NCBI GenBank assembly: GCA_041741375.1
Contig: JBGSKF010000143.1
Location: forward strand, 18,633-82,632
DNA length: 64,000 nucleotides
Source of the DNA: Gemmatimonadales bacterium
Lineage (GTDB): Bacteria; Gemmatimonadota; Gemmatimonadetes; Gemmatimonadales; GWC2-71-9
Direction: 5' to 3'
The notes beneath the pieces are model-generated. The model did no database searches. It saw only the letters and a program-made list of their open reading frames with translations, and had not been told where the DNA came from. Shown here one piece after another: positions 9,407 to 19,123 of the stretch (positions are counted from its first letter, which is position 1; every line of letters begins with the position of its first letter). Position numbers and translations under genes: made by a program.

Positions 9407-10885
9407 TCTTGCGATCGCCTCCTCCGCCGCACGCGCCACCACCTCATCCGAGTCCTTCTCCAGGGCACGGAGCGCGGGGACCGCGGCGGGCCCTGCCAGG
9501 GCGAGGGCACCCACCGCGCCGAGCCGCTCACTGCGCGGACGACTCCGGAAGCGCTTCGCCTCCGGCTGAGCCGCCCGCAGAATCGCCTGGATCGTGTCCG
9601 GAGTTCCGATCCGCCCCAGAGTCCGGAGCATCTCGCGCCGGACGTCGGAGTGGGTCTCCCGTTCCAGCAGCGCCGCCAGCACCATCCCGATGGAACGCCC
9701 GCGTCGCCGGCCATCGAGGTGCATCAAGGCCTCGAGGCGCACCGGGGCCGCGGGGTCCCGGAGCATCTGGCGGATCGGTTCCATTGCCTGGGAGGTGCCA
9801 AGTTTGGCCAGGGCTCCCGCCACCGAGCGACGCACCCTCTCATCCTCGTGATGAATCCTCCTGGCCAGTTCAGGGATCGCCTCCACCAGGTCCATGTCGC
9901 CGCAGAGATCCGCCGCGTTCCGCACCACGTACCACACCGGGTGGCTCAGGTAATCGATGATGATCCCCGCGTTTTCTTTCATCTGCGTCAGGGCTGTGTA
10001 ATATCCCCGCCGTTCCGCCATGCCATCCGCCGTCGCCAGCATCTCCATGAGCACCTCGGCGGAGCGGCCCCCGACGTGACGAAGCAAGGTGGTCGCTTCC
10101 CGCCGGCGGGTCCCGGTCCCCGTGGCTCGCGCCAGACGGTTCAGTGCCTCACCCCCGATCAGACGCTGGAGCTCGATCCGGCAGGTGCGCTGGAACTCCT
10201 GGGTCGCGGCCGACACCAGAAGTTCCTCGATGGCCACTCCCACTGTGAGAAGGTCATCCCACTGCTCGGTGTCCCGGGCCATCGTGCCCCTCTCGACCAG
10301 ATGGGCGAGTTCCTCCCGGGCCGGGGAGGTATCCACATCCACCGGGGCGGATGCCCCTTGGACCAGGTCGAAATCCCGGATCAGGTCGGCTGTGGTCTCC
10401 TCCCCATGCGAAACGACACCACTCGCCGGCGCCGGGGAACTCTCCAACGTGATGGGATCCTCCGCGGCCAGGTTGTGGATGACCAGATCGGTCCCGCTTT
10501 CACGCAGCGTCACCTGGGTCCTGACGGCATCCCCGAGAGAACCGGCGAACGAGGCGAACGAGGCGTACGTACCTCCCGGTGCCGCCAGAGCGCGTGCCAC
10601 TGCCAGGACAGGTCCCTCGCCACAATTCCGGGGGAATTCCACGACCCCGACATGGTGGATCAGCAATGTATCGCTGAGAAGGGTCGCGCCCGGGGCCTCG
10701 GGGTGGATCGCATGCCCATTCACCCAGAGGGTCCGGACCTCCGCCGCCATCGAGAGCCCCGTTTCGGCGATGCCTTGCAGAACGCGGTCGGTCACGGCCC
10801 GGACGGTTCGATCCTTACCCGGAATGTGGCCGAGAACGTGCACCAGAAGGGCGAAATCCGTTGTCAAGATGTGCGGCGTCATCAT
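9392..10885 (-). CDS. HEAT-repeat domain protein
   Basis: ORF 9392..10903 (TTG); first ATG at 10885. The C-terminal half shows HEAT-like repeats: VRRSVAGALAKLG, VRLEALMHL, VRREMLRTLGRIG, VVARAAEEAI. Confidence 0.65.
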   Translation of the reverse strand: MMTPHILTTDFALLVHVLGHIPGKDRTVRAVTDRVLQGIAETGLSMAAEVRTLWVNGHAIHPEAPGATLLSDTLLIHHVGVVEFPRNCGEGPVLAVARALAAPGGTYASFASFAGSLGDAVRTQVTLRESGTDLVIHNLAAEDPITLESSPAPASGVVSHGEETTADLIRDFDLVQGASAPVDVDTSPAREELAHLVERGTMARDTEQWDDLLTVGVAIEELLVSAATQEFQRTCRIELQRLIGGEALNRLARATGTGTRRREATTLLRHVGGRSAEVLMEMLATADGMAERRGYYTALTQMKENAGIIIDYLSHPVWYVVRNAADLCGDMDLVEAIPELARRIHHEDERVRRSVAGALAKLGTSQAMEPIRQMLRDPAAPVRLEALMHLDGRRRGRSIGMVLAALLERETHSDVRREMLRTLGRIGTPDTIQAILRAAQPEAKRFRSRPRSERLGAVGALALAGPAAVPALRALEKDSDEVVARAAEEAIARINDQ

Positions 10886-10906
10886 GTGACGTGACCAGAG
10901 CAAGGA

Positions 10907-11713
10907 TCATGCACGCTCAGTCGCCAATCGGTGAGCGAGTCGGTCACGTCTCCATTCCCACTCTCCAAGCTCAAGTTTCGCAACGATATCCAACAGCGGA
11001 TGCCGAGGAACACCGGGCGTGGCGGAGCGGGACAGCAATCGGGAAACCGGGAGGTCATGGACAATCTTTCCGCCCTCGAGAACCACACCCCGGTCCAGAG
11101 TTTCCGCTGCGAATACCGGATCATGTGTCACCGCGAAGACACTTCCCCCGCCGTGGAGATGCTCCCGAAGGAGACGATGGACCAGCTCGCGACTCCTCAG
11201 GTCCAGCCCCGCGGTCGGTTCATCCAGGATGAGGAGACTCGGCTCCGTCACCAATATTGTCGCCATGGCCACCAGGCGGCGGTGCGGAGCCGGAAGATCC
11301 CAGGGATTTTCCAACCGGGCGCCCGGAAGACCCACCCTCTCCAGCACCTCCGCCGTCCTCCTCCTCGTCTCTTCCCGGCCTACCCCCATCTGTTCGAGCC
11401 CGAAGGTCACCTCCGCCTCCACCGTTCGGGCAAAGAGTTGGGCCTCCGGGTGCTGGAAGAGGTAGCCCGCCCGACCGGCAAGATCCTCCGGGTGACGCCC
11501 CCCGGTGCCGGTCCCCAGCGTGGTGACGGTCCCCGAGGTGGGATGCAGGAGTGCCATGGCGAGGCGGGTCAGGGTGGTCTTGCCCGCGCCGTTGGAGCCG
11601 AAGAGGCCCACGGCTTCGCCGGCTCCCACCTGGAAGGAGACGGCGTCCAGCACCGGCGGGCCATTGCGGTAATGGAAGGAGACATCAGAGAAATCGAGAT
11701 GGGGTGTCGTCAT
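10907..11713 (-). CDS. ECF/ABC transporter ATP-binding protein (canonical Walker A, degenerate signature)
   Basis: C-terminal 268 aa of ORF 10907..12466 from ATG 11713. Walker A GSNGAGKTT, Walker B LLILDEPTAGLD, H-loop AVTHD. LPAPH replaces LSGGQ. Confidence 0.85.
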   Translation of the reverse strand: MTTPHLDFSDVSFHYRNGPPVLDAVSFQVGAGEAVGLFGSNGAGKTTLTRLAMALLHPTSGTVTTLGTGTGGRHPEDLAGRAGYLFQHPEAQLFARTVEAEVTFGLEQMGVGREETRRRTAEVLERVGLPGARLENPWDLPAPHRRLVAMATILVTEPSLLILDEPTAGLDLRSRELVHRLLREHLHGGGSVFAVTHDPVFAAETLDRGVVLEGGKIVHDLPVSRLLSRSATPGVPRHPLLDIVAKLELGEWEWRRDRLAHRLATERA

Positions 11714-12552
11714 CTCCGCCACCGTTCCAGAAACTCCTCCGTGAAGACGGGAAGGGGATTCCTGGTCCGGGGAGATTCGGGGATGAGCCGCCGAATCGAC
11801 TCCGCCAGCAGAGCCACACTGGTGTTTCCCGCCTCGCTTCCCCGGCAAGCCGTGGTGCGCAGCACCTCCCCGGGCCGTCCGTCGGCGGCGACCCGGCCAC
11901 CGGAGAGGAACACGAGGCGGTGTGCCACCGGAGCCAGGAGATCGGCATCCTCGCTCGCCACCACAACGGCGGCACCACGCCGCGCCTCCTCCCGGAGGAG
12001 GGCGGTCAACTGGTTGCGTCCCGCATCGTCGAGCGCCAGGGCCGGTTCGTCGAGGAGCCAGAGATCGGGATTTGTGGCCGCGAGTGCCGCCAGCAGGACG
12101 CGTCTCGTTTCCCCCCCCGACAGTGTCCCCGGGTGGCGGTCCCGGAGATGATCCACCGCGAGCCGGGTGAGGGAGCGATCCACCGTTGCCGTGATCCGGG
12201 AACGGGGCCAGCCGAGCGTGGCGGGGGTGAAGGCCACCTCCTCCCAGACGGTGTTGGCGACGCCGGAAAGCTGGAGCGTGGGGGACGGGAGCAACTGGGC
12301 CACACGGCCGGCCAGCGCGGCAGGCGCCGACGGGTCGGAGCCGAGGGTCCGGATCCGGCCCGACACGATCCCGCCCAGGTGTCGCGGCGCCGCCCCCGAC
12401 GCGAGGGCGAGAAGGGTGCTTGCCCCCGCCCCGGCCGGCCCGAAGAGCCAGGAAATCTCCCCGCATTCGAGGTCGAGCGTGAGGCCGCGGATCGCGGGGT
12501 CGGGAGTCTCCGGATAGCGGTAGGTAACCTCTTCGAAGCGCACGCCTCTCAT
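11710..12552 (-). CDS. ECF/ABC transporter ATP-binding protein (degenerate Walker A, intact signature)
   Basis: C-terminal 280 aa of ORF 11710..12888 from ATG 12552. GPAGAGAST (no Lys), LSGGETRR, LWLLDEPALALD. ATGA overlap with the next gene. Confidence 0.8.
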   Translation of the reverse strand: MRGVRFEEVTYRYPETPDPAIRGLTLDLECGEISWLFGPAGAGASTLLALASGAAPRHLGGIVSGRIRTLGSDPSAPAALAGRVAQLLPSPTLQLSGVANTVWEEVAFTPATLGWPRSRITATVDRSLTRLAVDHLRDRHPGTLSGGETRRVLLAALAATNPDLWLLDEPALALDDAGRNQLTALLREEARRGAAVVVASEDADLLAPVAHRLVFLSGGRVAADGRPGEVLRTTACRGSEAGNTSVALLAESIRRLIPESPRTRNPLPVFTEEFLERWRR

Positions 12553-13298
12553 CGGAAGATCCGGTACAGGATGGCGGCGATGACGGCCAGTGCGATTCCC
12601 CAGCGGAGCAGGTGATCCAGGAGTGTGACCGCGGGCGGTGCCAGGGGAGTCCGCGGCCGGCGGGAGGGGAGCCCCCGCGTCTCCAGTCCCAACGCCCTTT
12701 CGTCCACCTCGATCAAGGCGCCGAGCAGGAGGGGGACGAGAAGAGGCCGAAGGGCGCGGATCCGGCGCACGGGGGATCCGGTGAGCCGGAGCCCCCGGGC
12801 CCGCTGGGCCGCCAGGATGGCCCGGGTACGGTCCTGAAAGCGATGGATGGTGTGGAGGGTGGCGATGGCGAGCCAGGTTCCGGTCCACGCCACCCGCCCT
12901 CCCCGGGCGGCCACAGCGTCAAGAAGGCGTGAGGTGTCAAGGGTACGGTACCAGGTGAGGGTCACCAAAATGATGACGCCCAGCCGGCTCCCCTGCGTCA
13001 GGGAGAGGTACAGGCCGTCCCGGGCCAGGGTGCGACCCCCGAACATCACCGGGTTGGACCCCGGATCCGCCAGCACGGCGTGGATCAACACCAGAAAGAA
13101 CCAGAGTGGCGCCACCAGCAGGAACCCATGCCACAGCGTGTCCCGCACTCGGCTGGCCAGAACCACGAGTGCCACCACAAGGAAATGGAGGAGCGGCCCC
13201 TCCCAGGGGGGAAGTGCCAGCGAGAGGATCGCGGTGCCGGTGGCGAGCACGGCGCTGGTGAAGGGATGCACGCGTGTGGGTGACGGTCCCCCGGTCAT
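12549..13298 (-). CDS. energy-coupling factor transporter transmembrane (EcfT/CbiQ-like) protein
   Basis: C-terminal 249 aa of ORF 12549..13949 from ATG 13298. Multi-pass membrane protein with ...AAQRARGL... and the coupling-helix region ALIEVDERALGLETRG. Confidence 0.75.
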   Translation of the reverse strand: MTGGPSPTRVHPFTSAVLATGTAILSLALPPWEGPLLHFLVVALVVLASRVRDTLWHGFLLVAPLWFFLVLIHAVLADPGSNPVMFGGRTLARDGLYLSLTQGSRLGVIILVTLTWYRTLDTSRLLDAVAARGGRVAWTGTWLAIATLHTIHRFQDRTRAILAAQRARGLRLTGSPVRRIRALRPLLVPLLLGALIEVDERALGLETRGLPSRRPRTPLAPPAVTLLDHLLRWGIALAVIAAILYRIFR

Positions 13299-13876
13299 GA
13301 CAGCGGTTCCGATCCGATGGCCCGGGCCGCGAGGGGGAAACGGGCCCGCATCCGGCGCGGGAGCGACACGAGCAGGAAGCCGACCAGCGCGAACGACGCC
13401 GCCTTGTCCGCCAGGTCGGTGGCGAGACTCGCCGCCAGCACCGCCCGGTCGAGCGGCACCCCCATGCCGTTGAGAAGGGAGACGAGGGCCGTGACCCCCG
13501 TCGCGGTGACCCCCCGGAAGAGCAGGTAGGAGATGACCGCCGACACCGCTCCCGCCACCGTGCCGGTGAGCAGACCCCAGCCCACTGCGGGGAGCACCCC
13601 ACGGAATCCCGCCCGGCGCGCCGCGAGCCAGGTGGCCACCGCGATGATCACCTGGATCGGGGCAAAGGCGAGCCACTGGTACCCCGACAAGAGCCCCGAG
13701 AGGAGCTGGCTCAGGAGCCCGGCGGCGATCCCCGCGCCGAGTCCCCCCAGGGCGGTGGCGAGCATCGTCCCGACCGTGTCGAGATAGACCGGGAGCCCGA
13801 TTTCGGCCACCAGCCGCCCGATCACCAGGTTGATCGCCACCGCGGCGGGCACCAGCGCCAGGGTCCGGGGGCTCAT
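13295..13876 (-). CDS. ECF transporter S-component-like membrane protein (substrate unknown)
   Basis: C-terminal 193 aa of ORF 13295..14431 from ATG 13876. Highly hydrophobic. First gene of a four-gene unit linked by overlaps. Confidence 0.55.
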   Translation of the reverse strand: MSPRTLALVPAAVAINLVIGRLVAEIGLPVYLDTVGTMLATALGGLGAGIAAGLLSQLLSGLLSGYQWLAFAPIQVIIAVATWLAARRAGFRGVLPAVGWGLLTGTVAGAVSAVISYLLFRGVTATGVTALVSLLNGMGVPLDRAVLAASLATDLADKAASFALVGFLLVSLPRRMRARFPLAARAIGSEPLS

Positions 13877-13951
13877 CGGCGATGACGGGGGAGCGGTTTC
13901 GGTGTATGATCCATGGGCAGTAGTTGGGTATCGGTGAATGCAATGACAACC

Positions 13952-13976
13952 GTCATTCCCGCGCAAGCGGGAATCC
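13952..13976. repeat. half copy of the REP-like hairpin
   Basis: gtcattcccgcgcaagcgggaatcc, near-identical to the 9238 element arm. Confidence 0.6.
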
Positions 13977-13996
13977 AGTTCTCCAATCAGGTGTGC

Positions 13997-15271
13997 ATGA
14001 TGAAGATCCAGTCTCGCCTCGTTCTGGCCGGCATGGCGTTGGTCCTTGCCGCCGTCCCCGTTCAACCAATCCTCCACGCCCAGGCCACCGCCGTCACGGC
14101 CGACGTCGCCTACCTGGCGGCGGACCGCCTCGAAGGCCGCCGCATCGGATCTCCCGGGGCCGACAGCGCCGCCGAGTACATTGCCCGGCGGTTCGCGGCG
14201 CTCGGGCTCACGGCGCCCGAGGGCGGCTGGTTCCAGACCTTCACCGTGTCGCCTTCCGCGCCCGCGGCTCACGGAACTCCGTTCGGCGGTGTGCAGGGCC
14301 GGAACGTGATCGGCATTCTCCCCGGAAGCAACCCGGCGCTCCGTGACGAGTATGTGATCATCGGCGCGCATTACGATCACCTGGGGCTCGGGGGACCGGG
14401 GAGTCTCGATCCCGAGTCGCACGCCATTCACAACGGCGCCGACGACAACGCGTCCGGCACCGCGGCCCTCTTCGAGATCGCCCGGCGGCTCCGGGAGTAT
14501 CCTCCCGCCCGCTCCGTCCTCTTTCTCGCCTTCAGCGGCGAGGAACTCGGTCTCCTTGGCTCGGCGGAGTACGTCAAGGCGCCGGTGGTGCCGATCGCAC
14601 AGTCGGTGGCGATGATCAACCTCGACATGGTGGGCCGCTTGCGAAACGACCGGCTCATCGTGTACGGGGTGGAGACGGCGCGGGAGTTACGGCCTCTGCT
14701 CGATTCGCTCAACGTCCAAGCCGGGTTTGACATGCATGCGCAGGGAGACGGGTACGGCCCCTCCGATCACTCCTCGTTCTACGCCGCGCGGATGCCGGTG
14801 CTCCATCTCTTCACGGACCTGCACGAGGACTATCACCGCCCGAGCGACGACGCCGAGCGGATCGATGCGGAGGGGATCGTGCGGGTGGCGGCGTTCGCGG
14901 GCCAGATCGCCACGGCGGTGGGGAACCGTCCCCAGCGGTTGGCGGTGGTGGATCTCCCGAGGCCCGCGCCGCCGGTGGGATCGGAGAGTGCCACCGGCGG
15001 GTACGGGGCCTATCTGGGGAGCATCCCCGACATGACCGACAGTCCCGGGGGCGTGCGGTTGTCGGGTGTGCGGAGCGGGAGTCCGGCGGACCAGGCGGGG
15101 CTCGTGCAGGGGGATATCCTCATCCGGATAGGGGAGCACGACGTAGCCGACCTCATGGCGATGACCACGGCGCTCCGGGCCCATCGCCCGGGCGACACGG
15201 TGGAGGTGGTCTATCTCCGGAACGGTGAGCGTCACTCGGCGCGGGTCACCTTTGGCAAGAGAGAGGGCTGA
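13997..15271 (+). CDS. M28 family peptidase with C-terminal PDZ domain
   Basis: ORF 13913..15271 from ATG 13997. Signal peptide MMKIQSRLVLAGMALVLAAVP. Contains GAHYDHLG, NGADDNASG, FSGEELGLLGS and the PDZ-like GSPADQAGLVQGDILIRIG. Confidence 0.85.
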   Translation: MMKIQSRLVLAGMALVLAAVPVQPILHAQATAVTADVAYLAADRLEGRRIGSPGADSAAEYIARRFAALGLTAPEGGWFQTFTVSPSAPAAHGTPFGGVQGRNVIGILPGSNPALRDEYVIIGAHYDHLGLGGPGSLDPESHAIHNGADDNASGTAALFEIARRLREYPPARSVLFLAFSGEELGLLGSAEYVKAPVVPIAQSVAMINLDMVGRLRNDRLIVYGVETARELRPLLDSLNVQAGFDMHAQGDGYGPSDHSSFYAARMPVLHLFTDLHEDYHRPSDDAERIDAEGIVRVAAFAGQIATAVGNRPQRLAVVDLPRPAPPVGSESATGGYGAYLGSIPDMTDSPGGVRLSGVRSGSPADQAGLVQGDILIRIGEHDVADLMAMTTALRAHRPGDTVEVVYLRNGERHSARVTFGKREG

Positions 15272-15273
15272 CC

Positions 15274-15729
15274 GTGGCGGTGCTCGAGGGAGAACGGATA
15301 GTGGCGGCGCTGCGCGGGGCGTTCATGCACGAGGCCACGCGGGAGGAGCTGCTGCAGCTTGCCGCAGACCGGATTCGCGAGGCGGGCCCGCCGTATACTT
15401 CTGTCTATCTGTACATGCTCCACGGCGACACCCTGGTGCTGGAGGCGTACGCGGGTCGGGAGACGGACCATGTGCGGATCCCGGTCGGGACGGGGGTCTG
15501 CGGCACGGCGGTGGCGACCGGGGAGGACCAGAACGTGGGAGACGTGCAGGCGGTGGGGAACTACCTCGCGTGCAATCTCGACACCCGGTCGGAACTCGTG
15601 GTGCTGATCCGGCGGGGGGCGTTGATCCTGGGTCAGATCGACATCGACAGCGACGTGGCGGGGACGTTTGCGGAGGAGGAGGTGGCGGCGGTGCGGACGG
15701 TGGCGGACGGGCTGGCGATCCTGCTGTAG
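15274..15729 (+). CDS. GAF domain protein
   Basis: ORF 15274..15729 (GTG start 2 nt after the upstream stop). Contains ...IPVGTGVCGTAVATGEDQNVGDV...YLACNLDTRSELVVLI..., a free-methionine-sulfoxide-reductase-like GAF. Confidence 0.75.
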   Translation: MAVLEGERIVAALRGAFMHEATREELLQLAADRIREAGPPYTSVYLYMLHGDTLVLEAYAGRETDHVRIPVGTGVCGTAVATGEDQNVGDVQAVGNYLACNLDTRSELVVLIRRGALILGQIDIDSDVAGTFAEEEVAAVRTVADGLAILL

Positions 15730-15740
15730 GCGGTCTGTAG

Positions 15741-15805
15741 GGGCGCGGCGTGCCGCGCCCGGAATCGGGGTGTAGGGAATGGTACGGGCCGTTCGTGAAC
15801 GGCCC
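15741..15805 (+). terminator. two GC-rich hairpins downstream of the GAF gene (REP-like / terminator candidates)
   Basis: gggcgcggcgtgccgcgccc (15741-15760) and gggccgttcgtgaacggccc (15786-15805). No T-tract. Confidence 0.35.
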
Positions 15806-16207
15806 CGAGTCCCGTCGTCCGGGCCTTGATGTTTATGGAACTGCCTCAACGCAGAGGCGCAAGGGCGCAGAAGAGCCTGGTGCCCCCCCTCTCCCCGGAT
15901 GTAACCGCTGAGGGCGCGGAGGACGCAGAGGGTTGAGGGCACCCACGACACGTTCCCAGTCTCGGACGGCGGGCATCGGCAGGATGGGGGCCCATCCACC
16001 CCCCAACAAAAGCAGCCGATCTCAGCGCGCGAAACGTTGAGCGACGGGAATCGTTCGGAGACCCTCCGCGACCTCCGTGCTCTCTGCGGTGCCCTCTTCT
16101 AGGGGTGGAAACTACCGATAACACAGATGACGCAGAGGGATAACGGAGCGGCTCCCGCTTCCCGCTTCACACTTCGAACTTCCGATGGTCGTCTCCGGGA
16201 GGATGGC

Positions 16208-16735
16208 ATGCATAGTCGAGCGTTGATAGCGGCCCTCGGTTTGATGGTAGCTGCAGCTCCATCTGTGTCCGCCCAGGCGGCGCCCTTGGGCCAGTCGATC
16301 CAGGGAAGGACCTTTCAAGAAGTCCACGATCTGGACCGAGCGGTGATCGAATGGTTCACCGGCAATGTGCGAGGCGCCAGGAAGGCCGTTGTCCCTCCTG
16401 ATGTCACGGCGGGGCAGGGAGATGCCTTGCCGTTTGACGATTCCACCAGGGCCATGAAAGCGCGGGCGTCCATTACTCGGAATGGCGGCGTTAAGGCCGC
16501 CGCAGGGGCCGCTAAGGACTGCCTGGGGAGGTCGGAGGATGCGTGCTTCATGGCGGCTGACGTGGTGCTGGTGATGCGTCCGTTCCGTCGGCGAGGAGAG
16601 GGAGGCCGATTCCGCGCAGGATATGTGATTTTTACAAAGTATGGTGACACGATCCATCTCACGACGTGGTATGTTGGCTTTGAGGTGTCGGCGGAAGGGA
16701 TCACCGTGACCGATGTCATCGCGGCTATGAGTTGA
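16208..16735 (+). CDS. hypothetical secreted protein
   Basis: ORF 16127..16735 from ATG 16208. Signal peptide MHSRALIAALGLMVAAAPSVSAQA. Lies in an AT-richer region. Confidence 0.45.
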   Translation: MHSRALIAALGLMVAAAPSVSAQAAPLGQSIQGRTFQEVHDLDRAVIEWFTGNVRGARKAVVPPDVTAGQGDALPFDDSTRAMKARASITRNGGVKAAAGAAKDCLGRSEDACFMAADVVLVMRPFRRRGEGGRFRAGYVIFTKYGDTIHLTTWYVGFEVSAEGITVTDVIAAMS

Positions 16736-17028
16736 AGCGAGTTTTGGTCTCGGATCGGGGAGGTGTAGCCGGGCACCTCGTATGGTGCTGCGGGAAGCAC
16801 CGAAAGGGGTGTTGCGGCCTGGAGAATCGTTTGTTGGGGTTTGTGACCGTGAGCCCGGAGGCGTGGCGAGGAGCACAAGTCGGATTCGCAAGGCGCTTGG
16901 CGCCCGATTTTCTGGGGGATGCCTGTAACCCCTGACAGGGGAATGGCGGTAGGAAGTGGCACAACGCCCGCCCCCCACCCATCGCGTCGATTACGACAGG
17001 GGGAGGCACAGGCTTGTGAACTCGAGAC

Positions 17029-17057
17029 TTGCCGCCTCGATGCTGGTCTCGTAGGAT
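17029..17057 (+). promoter_or_regulatory. sigma70-like promoter, copy A (TTGCCG-17 nt-TAGGAT)
   Basis: ttgccg 17029-17034, 17-nt spacer, taggat 17052-17057. The same arrangement is conserved at 19058. Confidence 0.45.
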
Positions 17058-17094
17058 CAGGGGGTCTGTGAAACCCCCGTCATTGAGGTCGATA

Positions 17095-17517
17095 ATGCGC
17101 ATCTTGGCCATTCCCGTCACCCTCTTTCTCTCCCTCGCCGCCTCCGGCCCTCTCACGGCCCAGGCCGACCATGTGGGCCACGGCTTCGGTGAGGTCCTCC
17201 GCATCAAGGCCATGGTGCAACAGGATTCCCTCTACCGAAATGCCCCCCGGGACACCACTCTCCTTCTTCTGATCGAACGGGACGACACCGGGCGGATGCG
17301 CGTGGTCGGCACCGACGACCCTGATATTCCCGATGATGGTCATTTCCGCAATGTCAGCTGCGGGAGAGTGTGCGAGGGCTTCATCAAGCTGGCGAAAGTT
17401 GTGGGTACCGATATCCTTGGGGGTATCGCTGGCTTCTTCGGGAGTGGCGGCTCACTGGTGGGAACCCTTGCTGGGGCAGCGTCAGCCTCGACTGGATTCA
17501 TGCTCGCCGACATGTAA
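17095..17517 (+). CDS. secreted protein, paralog A (conserved N-domain, glycine-zipper-like C-tail)
   Basis: ORF 17029..17517 from ATG 17095. Signal MRILAIPVTLFLSLAASGPLTAQA. The N-domain is shared with 19124. The tail is ILGGIAGFFGSGGSLVGTLAGAASASTGFMLADM. Confidence 0.55.
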   Translation: MRILAIPVTLFLSLAASGPLTAQADHVGHGFGEVLRIKAMVQQDSLYRNAPRDTTLLLLIERDDTGRMRVVGTDDPDIPDDGHFRNVSCGRVCEGFIKLAKVVGTDILGGIAGFFGSGGSLVGTLAGAASASTGFMLADM

Positions 17518-17931
17518 TCGGTGGTTGGCTGGCGCCAGGCCATAGGCCAATATCGTGAGGACGCCGTCTGCACAAAAAGGCGCGCGTCTTCACGTTATTG
17601 CCTTTCAGGTGACGTCGGCATGTCTTCCGATGGCATCGCCGGCGTGAAAGAGCTCTCAACATCCCTGCCTAGGTCGGACCAGGCTCTGGAATTGCGCGTC
17701 TTGTTATGGCATGATTGAAACACGTTCCGCCCCCTGGCTTCGAAAGGTCGAGGGGAGGGACAGGTGGCACACGATGGCTCGGGGCCCGGACCTTGGACCG
17801 GAGACCGGGCGGGGAAAACGGGCCAGTCCTCCTCCGCAGGGTTGCCTGGAAAGGATCCCCGCGTGTTGGGGAAACGAGATCTCGCATGGGGAGGACTGAG
17901 ACCACGGGACCATGGAAGGGGTCGTCACGAA

Positions 17932-18909
17932 GTGGAAGACGCTGTCGCTCTGAGGAATGAAGGCCACTGTGGCCCTCCGCTCAAGACGGACGGGTCGTGG
18001 ATCGCGTTCACCGAAAGGGACGGGCGCGTCTGGCGGATCTGTGAGGTGTGCGGGAGGTGGACCCCTCTCTCTGATGACCTCACGGTGGAGGGACTGGCGC
18101 AACGGTTTGCTGCGGCGGACGACATCGTGTCGGGCCCGGGGTTCTCGACGGCCGCGACCCCAGGTGGTGGCGTGGTGATCCGGATGGAGGACGCCATGGC
18201 CGACTGGGTAGCGCATCCTCTCGAGAAGGCGGAAGAGCCGATCTGGAATCGCCGGAATGTTGAGCTCGGATGGATCGCGGCCAAGAGTGTGGTGATCGCT
18301 GCGGCCCTGCTCTGGCGGCGTGAACTGTGGGATCCCTTTCCGAATTTCTTGGCCTGGCTGGGTGCTCTTATCCTCATTCTCGGGATCGAGCGGGTCCGCC
18401 TGACCGCCGGGTTGCGGCTTGCCGGGCGGGTTGTACGAGGGAGGCGGGCAATCAAGGATGCGGTCCTTGTCCCCATGCTGGGCCCCTGTGGTCACGAGAT
18501 CACCGTGGGCGTGAGAACGGGGGGACCTGATCCGATCACTCTGAGTGATGCGGAGGCCGAGGAGGCACTCCTCAAGATACTGCGACGCGTGAACCGGCTG
18601 GGCTTGGATCTCGACCTCGGTCAAAAGGAACGCAAGGCGGCACGATCTGCTGTTCGCGCGGCGGGTGGCCCGAGGGGATTCCTCGCCACACTCGTTTCTG
18701 ACGGGGAGCGGCCAGTGCGGCAACTCAGCCGTGTCGAACAATTTGCCCTGGAACTCTCCGTGCGTCACGTTGCCGAGGAGGGCCGGGTCCGTTCCCTGAT
18801 ACGGTTTGTGGCAGGGAAGGGTGGATGGATACCGAAGGGAAACGCCATGGGGGAGATCCAGGGGGAAGCACGGCCCGACCTCGCGGTGCAAGGGGGTCGG
18901 CAGCCCTGA
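17932..18909 (+). CDS. hypothetical membrane protein with CxxC motif
   Basis: ORF 17764..18909. Plausible GTG start at 17932 after ggaagggg. Contains RICEVCGRW plus two hydrophobic helices (IAAKSVVIAAALLW, FLAWLGALILILGI). Confidence 0.35.
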   Translation: MEDAVALRNEGHCGPPLKTDGSWIAFTERDGRVWRICEVCGRWTPLSDDLTVEGLAQRFAAADDIVSGPGFSTAATPGGGVVIRMEDAMADWVAHPLEKAEEPIWNRRNVELGWIAAKSVVIAAALLWRRELWDPFPNFLAWLGALILILGIERVRLTAGLRLAGRVVRGRRAIKDAVLVPMLGPCGHEITVGVRTGGPDPITLSDAEAEEALLKILRRVNRLGLDLDLGQKERKAARSAVRAAGGPRGFLATLVSDGERPVRQLSRVEQFALELSVRHVAEEGRVRSLIRFVAGKGGWIPKGNAMGEIQGEARPDLAVQGGRQP

Positions 18910-19057
18910 GGACCGCCCGGATGAAACGACAGATGACACGGATGACGCGGAGGGCGTTCGACGGATGACCCATCTCCCCCCCATCCCCCCCTCCGTCCAA
19001 GTACTCGTACTCTTACGCGAGTTGCTGCCAAGTTCCACAACCGTTTGTTTCTCGCTC

Positions 19058-19086
19058 TTGCCGCCTCGATGCTGGTCGCGTAGGAT
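19058..19086 (+). promoter_or_regulatory. sigma70-like promoter, copy B (TTGCCG-17 nt-TAGGAT)
   Basis: ttgccg 19058-19063, taggat 19081-19086. Part of the duplicated block. Confidence 0.45.
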
Positions 19087-19123
19087 CAGGGGGCCGGTGA
19101 AACCCCTGTCATCGAGGTCACCC

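Noticed and set aside
13877-13996. A possible riboswitch in the leader of the ECF S-component gene.
   Set aside because: I could not recognise any conserved riboswitch core (THI-box, cobalamin, preQ1 and others). The region is mostly a REP-like hairpin and a divergent promoter. An Rfam scan would be needed to settle it.
17521-17718. A 65-aa ORF after paralog A, considered as a possible immunity gene.
   Set aside because: It has no hydrophobic helix, no ribosome-binding site and no conservation signal I can see. The idea is purely positional.
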